Position numbers and translations under genes: made by a program. The notes beneath the pieces were generated by a model. The model did not search any database. It was not told the origin of the DNA and was given only the letters and a program-made list of their open reading frames with translations. Of a stretch of 64,000 bases of DNA, positions 58,544 through 64,000 are shown piece after piece (within the stretch, counting starts at the first letter, position 1; every line of letters begins with the position of its first letter). The stretch is from Escherichia phage W70, in sequence record OP778610; one strand, given 5' to 3'.

Positions 58544-58724
58544 AAGTCATAAATGCTTGATCAACCATATCTTTCCACTCAGGGTAGAGAGCACAAATCA
58601 TGATGTAGACCTCTTCATCAATGTCTTCACACTCCTCCATTTCCAAATACTCTACCACAGGTATGGGCAGAAGGCAATTTATTTCTTTACCCCTGAATTT
58701 CAGACCCTTAACTAATTTTAGCAT
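58509..58724 (-). CDS. hypothetical protein
   Basis: 71-aa ORF. Confidence 0.4.
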   Translation of the reverse strand: MLKLVKGLKFRGKEINCLLPIPVVEYLEMEECEDIDEEVYIMICALYPEWKDMVDQAFMTFGGWCNESSDR

Positions 58725-58725
58725 A

Positions 58726-58965
58726 TCAATCCTTAATCACGTAGAATCCTGATTCGTTCATCAGGACAAAGGACTTGCCGAAGAAATCCTTACGATTATC
58801 CAAAACAAGGTAGAATCTTCGCTCAGACGAGAGGTGATGTGGGTCAGCCATATAGCTTACCCTCGCCGTCATGCCCTTATTCTTCCCTCTTGTGATCCTT
58901 ACCCTTGTACCATTCTCATATTTAATATCCACCGAACCTCCATCGCAACTCTTTATGAATCTCAT
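58726..58965 (-). CDS. hypothetical protein
   Basis: 79-aa ORF. Confidence 0.4.
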   Translation of the reverse strand: MRFIKSCDGGSVDIKYENGTRVRITRGKNKGMTARVSYMADPHHLSSERRFYLVLDNRKDFFGKSFVLMNESGFYVIKD

Positions 58966-59425
58966 CCAACCCTGGTTTCAGTTTTGGAAGATCTCTTATA
59001 AACTCAGGATAGAGGACATTAACGAAGTCAATCTCATCATCTGTGGGTTTTTGAATATCTTCGAAATACTCGTCAAGATTGAATATCTGCCAATCCTTAC
59101 ACCCTGCCTTTCGGACACCCATGAAGATTTCATTGTTACAGGTAGCCATCCAGGAGATCCTAGATCCTTTACCATTCGCATTCGGCAATGTTGAAACACA
59201 GAAGCGTGGTACTTCCTGAACCTTAAAACCCTCGTCATAGTATCCACGACCACGTTGAAATTTAAACTTGGTCTTTCCCACTCTTTGACTAATCTTCATA
59301 TCTCGGCGAAAGCTGTGGTCCCCCGTATAGATCAGTTGACGAAGACACTGAGTATATCTGATCTTTTTCCAATTCCAATCTCGAATGAGTATTTCATAGA
59401 CTTCCTTAAATGCTTCATACGCCAT
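58922..59425 (-). CDS. hypothetical protein
   Basis: 167-aa ORF. Confidence 0.5.
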   Translation of the reverse strand: MAYEAFKEVYEILIRDWNWKKIRYTQCLRQLIYTGDHSFRRDMKISQRVGKTKFKFQRGRGYYDEGFKVQEVPRFCVSTLPNANGKGSRISWMATCNNEIFMGVRKAGCKDWQIFNLDEYFEDIQKPTDDEIDFVNVLYPEFIRDLPKLKPGLDEIHKELRWRFGGY

Positions 59426-59654
59426 CGGAGGATTCCTTATCTAGAGCACCAACAATCTCGAACTTTGCTACGCCTAAAACAACCACATGACCCAAGGATT
59501 GTACACCTGTCCACGGAGTACCATTCCTCTTAGGTCGCTTACCAGTTACATCGCAGAAATCATTCCGCATTTCTGTTGCATCAAACAACTCGCCTTTCGG
59601 AAAAACATCTTTGAAGTCAGCGATCACGTTAAGACATTTCAGTTTCATATTCAA
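59415..59654 (-). CDS. hypothetical protein
   Basis: 79-aa ORF. Confidence 0.4.
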   Translation of the reverse strand: MNMKLKCLNVIADFKDVFPKGELFDATEMRNDFCDVTGKRPKRNGTPWTGVQSLGHVVVLGVAKFEIVGALDKESSDGV

Positions 59655-59991
59655 ACACTCCTCTCTCTAATCTTTGTTTGGCAAGTAACTCCCTTTGTGC
59701 TCTAAGTGGCATCCTGAAAAATATCACAACATTCTCCAAATCCGCTGCCCGTTTTTTAAGCCCTTTGGTGAATTTACCTTCCCGCTTAATTGCATCATAT
59801 ATACCCCTGTACTCCTCTTCAATGGAGTTGTCTTCAAATATCTGGTTGGATACCATACTATCAATCTCCATACCGAGAGCTTCAAAGCTATACCAGTCTA
59901 CATGTTCTTCTGTAACAGGACCTCTTTCTTTGTACACTTGTCCAGTTATTTCATTAACTACGATCGTTGTCATTGGAGTATCTCCTTGCAT
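59629..59991 (-). CDS. hypothetical protein
   Basis: 120-aa ORF. Confidence 0.45.
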   Translation of the reverse strand: MQGDTPMTTIVVNEITGQVYKERGPVTEEHVDWYSFEALGMEIDSMVSNQIFEDNSIEEEYRGIYDAIKREGKFTKGLKKRAADLENVVIFFRMPLRAQRELLAKQRLERGVFEYETEMS

Positions 59992-60298
59992 TATACGGCA
60001 TCCTGAAAAAGTTTAAAAGGTTGTAGATAGCAGCAACCCTCTCTCTTACCTTTTCGTCAGAGAAACAATCAGGACCTTCGCTGCAAAGTTTAAAATCTAT
60101 ATCTTCCCACTCAGCGACCACAGATTCGTCTTCGAAAACTCCCTTTTCAAACATCATTCGAATCTCCATCTCCATACCCTTGAAGATTGTAAAAGTAACA
60201 TCTTCAGGATCAAGGTATGATACATTGTCTATAAAGAGGCCCCTTTCGGGATAAATGACCATATGCAAAATAATCCTCCTGTGTCCAATATAATCCAC
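59954..60298 (-). CDS. hypothetical acidic protein
   Basis: 114-aa ORF. Confidence 0.45.
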   Translation of the reverse strand: MDYIGHRRIILHMVIYPERGLFIDNVSYLDPEDVTFTIFKGMEMEIRMMFEKGVFEDESVVAEWEDIDFKLCSEGPDCFSDEKVRERVAAIYNLLNFFRMPYNARRYSNDNDRS

Positions 60299-60386
60299 CC
60301 AGAAGCGATTTTGACGAGGTTTTCTTAAGATAATGATAAATCACCTTACCTCGTCGTAGACCTCGTTAGAATCGTTCTGAGAGCGT

Positions 60387-60719
60387 TTAAGCCATACCGA
60401 GCAAATTCATCTCTTTTAACAGGCCTTCCAAGGTAGCATTAAACAACACTGGCTTACCTTCCTCCAGCTTATTGAAGAAGATTTCATGAGTCTCATTGTC
60501 TATCTTCGCCATCTCTTTTACCACTTCTTCTGACAAAAAGATATCGCTACCTCTTAACCCAGGGAACATTAAGAGGATTGCCGTTTTTGAATCAGTTGCC
60601 CAACCCTTTCCACCATCCAGACTGAATACCTTGATCATCATTTTACTCCAAATTAGCCAGTGCAGTTCGGACTTCAAGAAGAGTTGCCTCTCTTGACTCA
60701 TTTCTTTCCGAGAAATCAC
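60387..60719 (-). CDS. hypothetical protein
   Basis: 110-aa ORF. Confidence 0.4.
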   Translation of the reverse strand: MISRKEMSQERQLFLKSELHWLIWSKMMIKVFSLDGGKGWATDSKTAILLMFPGLRGSDIFLSEEVVKEMAKIDNETHEIFFNKLEEGKPVLFNATLEGLLKEMNLLGMA

Positions 60720-60939
60720 GAATTATCATCTTGTACTTCATTTCTTCTTCAGTACGGAGAATCTTCTGTTCGATCAACTTGTAAACTTTGTCCGCTCTTT
60801 CTGGAAACAACGCTGCAAAGAGATTCCAGTCTTCCAATCGACCTTCGTAAGACTCTCCAGAGGTAAAGTACCGATCTCTTTCGATGCTGTCAACAAAATA
60901 ATAACCGAATTCACCATAACGCCAAGTTTCATTTTTCAT
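60643..60939 (-). CDS. hypothetical protein, family with 61101-61340
   Basis: YFTSGESYEGRLEDWNLFAALFPERADKV. Confidence 0.45.
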   Translation of the reverse strand: MKNETWRYGEFGYYFVDSIERDRYFTSGESYEGRLEDWNLFAALFPERADKVYKLIEQKILRTEEEMKYKMIIRDFSERNESREATLLEVRTALANLE

Positions 60940-61098
60940 TTGATGTACCGCGCCGCAGCAGTGCCGATAAGGAATCCAGCAGGAACTGCGACGATGATAG
61001 CTTCAACCATTTTCAGGTCCGCTGCAACACAAGCTGCACCAACAACAACAGAACCAGCCCAGATAGCAATTACACGTTTCAAAAATTTAGTATTCATT
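60940..61098 (-). CDS. small membrane peptide (53 aa)
   Basis: Hydrophobic; below track cutoff. Confidence 0.3.
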
Positions 61099-61100
61099 CG

Positions 61101-61340
61101 TTAGTCTCCTGATTTTGTTAAGTTTTCTTTTATTTTTACGTATTCAATTAAAGAGTTTGCAAGTTCACCATCGATTTTCTCACAAACCATTAGTATCTCT
61201 CTTACCTTTTCGGGATGAACAGACTCATAAAAGTTCCAATCCTCTGTTCTTCCTTCTGGAGTTTTAGAAGTGAAGTATTCTTCTCTGTCTTGCTCCGGTA
61301 AGAGATAATATACAAGATTCAGCCTTTTATCGTCAAGCAC
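61101..61340 (-). CDS. hypothetical protein, family with 60643-60939
   Basis: YFTSKTPEGRTEDWNFYESVHPEKV. Confidence 0.45.
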   Translation of the reverse strand: MLDDKRLNLVYYLLPEQDREEYFTSKTPEGRTEDWNFYESVHPEKVREILMVCEKIDGELANSLIEYVKIKENLTKSGD

Positions 61341-61349
61341 TTTATCACC

Positions 61350-61724
61350 TTATTCGTAAAAAAGTTTATCCGCTTGCTCATTCAACCAACCCTGGCGAAA
61401 AGCCCCCTTGAGTACCTCTGCCCACTTCGGATTTGCTGCCTCTAAGAGAAGAATTTCTTCTTTCTCTATGTTCATAGGATCAGCAAAGAAATCCAAAATC
61501 TGTTCATTAAATATACCCTCTATCAAGATCCCTTTATATTTCAACGTCAAACGTTTTGTCATAAAACCTTGAGATAACAAAGCCTCCTCCACATCGAGTT
61601 TCGTAGTTGGAGGGTTTGGAAAAGGAAAGCCCGTCATAGGTGTTGGCGATGCACCTGTCTTCACAAAGGTATTCCCTCCAGTATTATTGAAGAAACCTTT
61701 CGCATTTTTATCATAAAGCGACAT
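61350..61724 (-). CDS. hypothetical protein
   Basis: 124-aa ORF. Confidence 0.45.
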   Translation of the reverse strand: MSLYDKNAKGFFNNTGGNTFVKTGASPTPMTGFPFPNPPTTKLDVEEALLSQGFMTKRLTLKYKGILIEGIFNEQILDFFADPMNIEKEEILLLEAANPKWAEVLKGAFRQGWLNEQADKLFYE

Positions 61725-61727
61725 ATT

Positions 61728-62165
61728 TCATACCCCCTCTTGAATTTTTATCTCTGCCTCGTCCAAAGCTTCACCCATTGCAAGGATATACCTTGAAATT
61801 TCAGGAAACAACGCTTCAAACATCTCTATCTCTTCTTCAAGTATATCCGTTGGATCGAGGAAATACTCTTCAAGGACTATCCGCTTTGTCCCACTCTTGT
61901 TGCCATAAGTAACAAAAACGAAACGATCAGGTTTGCCAATAGAATCTTTGGAGGTTCTCCATTGGAAAAGATGCCTGTTTGAACTTATGTTTATCCTTTT
62001 GTCAGCCTTGTCCAGCGGGATTCTAAAACTTACGGATGTTGACATTCCTTCGGATTGAGTCCATTTTTCACTCTTCTTAAAAATATTGTTCCGGTATCTG
62101 TTTTTACCTAAGGCATTAAAAGTCCACTGCCTGCTCAATCTCTCGATTATCTCTTTAGTTTTCAA
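61728..62165 (-). CDS. hypothetical protein
   Basis: 145-aa ORF. Confidence 0.45.
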   Translation of the reverse strand: MKTKEIIERLSRQWTFNALGKNRYRNNIFKKSEKWTQSEGMSTSVSFRIPLDKADKRINISSNRHLFQWRTSKDSIGKPDRFVFVTYGNKSGTKRIVLEEYFLDPTDILEEEIEMFEALFPEISRYILAMGEALDEAEIKIQEGV

Positions 62166-62683
62166 AACGGTATGTCCTCGTCAACAATAAATTTTATAGC
62201 ATTCTTTACAGCCGCTTTATTCAGATGTTGAACACGCTGGAAGAACATTAGGTTCAAGTCAAGAAGAATATCATCATCTCCGTACAACGCCGTGAAAAGA
62301 TCAAGCTCTTCATCTGTCGGATGCGTGGGATTCTCAAATAAGCCCTCAAACACCACCTGGGCCTCATTTCTTTTAGCCAGCGTGGTTGAGTCTCGATAGA
62401 TATTTAATACCGTGTGTACATCATCTACGCTTAGGATTTTGACACATTCCAGATCTCCTGTGTCACCATCGAGATAAAGAGTGATCGCAGGAGTTGACCA
62501 ATTTGATTCACTTATTGCATAAACGTAGATGCTTTTGCGATTACCAACTGCAATAGACTCTTCAATTTTCTTTTCTGCCGCCTTAAAGAAAGGTTGGTGT
62601 TTGATCCAATGCTCCCAACCAATCCAACGAGCACCCTTACCATACGCATTCAGCACATGATTCTCAATGTTACGTTTACTCAT
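62162..62683 (-). CDS. hypothetical protein with SSB-tail-like C-terminus
   Basis: Ends IVDEDIPF, close to bacterial SSB tip DDDIPF. Confidence 0.5.
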   Translation of the reverse strand: MSKRNIENHVLNAYGKGARWIGWEHWIKHQPFFKAAEKKIEESIAVGNRKSIYVYAISESNWSTPAITLYLDGDTGDLECVKILSVDDVHTVLNIYRDSTTLAKRNEAQVVFEGLFENPTHPTDEELDLFTALYGDDDILLDLNLMFFQRVQHLNKAAVKNAIKFIVDEDIPF

Positions 62684-62695
62684 TTAAAACCCCCA

Positions 62696-62730
62696 TAAAA
62701 GAAAAGCCAGCCACCTTTCGGTGACTGGCC
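62696..62730 (-). terminator. intrinsic terminator
   Basis: Minus-strand stem gccagtcacc-gaaa-ggtggctggc then T-run. Confidence 0.55.
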
Positions 62731-62735
62731 TAGAG

Positions 62736-63203
62736 TTAGCTACTAATCACCACGAATGCAGTAACTATAGCATACAGAAATCCAATTGCAACAAAAATTA
62801 TCATAATGGGGTCAGAGGTTACTCGCTTAAGTTTTCCTAAGAAAGTTGATCGGTATTTGTGTTCCTTCTCCATTTTGTTTATCAAAATGATGAAAGAGTT
62901 GATATGAATATCTTCAGCACTCTCTGCAAAAGGTGTGTACTTGAACGTACCTTCTGTATTTGCAACAAAGCTGCGATGATACTTTTTACCGTCATAACTT
63001 TCTATAAGAAGACCATCCTTTGTCACCCGATAACTGACTGAACGGAACTTGTCATAAAAAACGTATGCCCTGAATCCATCTTGATCGGGAACAGCCTTTC
63101 TGACGTAGCCGTCAAAAAACTCCAATCTCTTTCCAGAATTCAGTTCCAAGTTGTCAGCTAACATAGGGAGTTGACTTACGTATGTAAAGTACATAATGAT
63201 CAT
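62736..63203 (-). CDS. membrane-anchored protein
   Basis: C-terminal hydrophobic segment IMIIFVAIGFLYAIVTAFVVI. Confidence 0.45.
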   Translation of the reverse strand: MIIMYFTYVSQLPMLADNLELNSGKRLEFFDGYVRKAVPDQDGFRAYVFYDKFRSVSYRVTKDGLLIESYDGKKYHRSFVANTEGTFKYTPFAESAEDIHINSFIILINKMEKEHKYRSTFLGKLKRVTSDPIMIIFVAIGFLYAIVTAFVVISS

Positions 63204-63395
63204 CCTTCCACTAAGCTGAAATCATTTTATCATATTATGAAAAAATACAACAGCGAAGATCGGTCATGAACACTATGTTGTTAATTTTTACAACAGGACT
63301 CCAAAAAAGTATTTAAATCACTTAAATCGATTTTAATACATAGAAAATACCTATGGACCAGATCTGACCCATAGGCTATACCTTAATGTGAAATT

Positions 63396-63992
63396 TTATT
63401 CATTTCCCCGATATTTTTGAATTGCGATCGAAGTCCTTGGTTCAGCCAGTCCAGTTCCATATGCATACCATTTGCCAGTGAGTGTTTTTCGAGCACCGTA
63501 GGACCCAATCTCCATGTCGTCACAATAAACATCGTAACCGATCGGGGTCTTAACTAAAAAGAGTACATTACGAGGAATCCCTAAGAGGGTAAACATCGAT
63601 ATGGCATCTTTTGCGATCTCGTGAGAAATCTTCTCTGCATTCTTTTTACTGGTTGCACTTCTAAACAGTTCCATCTTTAAGAAGATATTGAAATGAATAT
63701 CATCAAGAACCATCTCATCACGGAAGCATGGGGTCACAGCCATCCAACTGCCATCTTCCAACTTCCCTTCTTTGTCGAGTTGGAGGAATGATTGCTCTGC
63801 GGAAGCCACTGCATATTTCCCGTTCTGGACAATTCGAAGATCAGTAACATCTTCGGGGCATGTATGGTCCATAGCATCATCATCCACATAGCTTGGGACA
63901 ACCTTATCATTGAAACCTTTACATTTCCACCAACTGTGGGCATCAATAAACAATGTGAAGTCGATGTTTGACATTTTAGCCTCGCTTACCAT
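63396..63992 (-). CDS. hypothetical protein
   Basis: 198-aa ORF; start near window edge. Confidence 0.45.
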   Translation of the reverse strand: MVSEAKMSNIDFTLFIDAHSWWKCKGFNDKVVPSYVDDDAMDHTCPEDVTDLRIVQNGKYAVASAEQSFLQLDKEGKLEDGSWMAVTPCFRDEMVLDDIHFNIFLKMELFRSATSKKNAEKISHEIAKDAISMFTLLGIPRNVLFLVKTPIGYDVYCDDMEIGSYGARKTLTGKWYAYGTGLAEPRTSIAIQKYRGNE

Positions 63993-64000
63993 TCTGGAAT

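Noticed and set aside
1-64000. tRNA or rRNA genes
   Set aside because: Scanned intergenic regions by eye for T-loop (GGTTCGA-type) and acceptor-stem patterns and found none; the GTTCG-like hits lie inside intron cores. A tRNA scan would be needed to be certain.
1-64000. Prophage or integrative element
   Set aside because: No integrase, recombinase, repressor or attachment-site signature seen; gene content is that of a lytic phage.

Overview
This window reads as a 64-kb segment of a lytic tailed-phage genome (roughly 40% GC by eye, sigma70-type promoters, host probably a Gram-negative gammaproteobacterium). I cannot assign it to a known phage without a database search. All calls rest on motif recognition by eye; no computation or search was run, and intron boundaries are approximate. 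Layout: (1) 1-2167, plus-strand fibre-like genes; (2) 2216-32404, a long minus-strand array of early and replication genes; (3) 32527-48789, a plus-strand array of small genes, many behind a repeated promoter-plus-hairpin cassette; (4) 48.8-51.0 kb, a repeat-rich non-coding region holding a free-standing HNH endonuclease; (5) 51016-63992, a second minus-strand array with three tandem RCC1-like paralogs. The strongest finding is a T7-like replisome broken up by three related group I introns: one in the family-A DNA polymerase and two in the gp4-like primase-helicase. Other notable items are a minimal C5-methyltransferase-like gene beside a GHKL ATPase, a SpoT-type small alarmone hydrolase, a MoxR ATPase with a vWA-metallopeptidase partner, and proteins ending in the host-SSB tail motif. 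No tRNA, rRNA, CRISPR array or integrase was seen.
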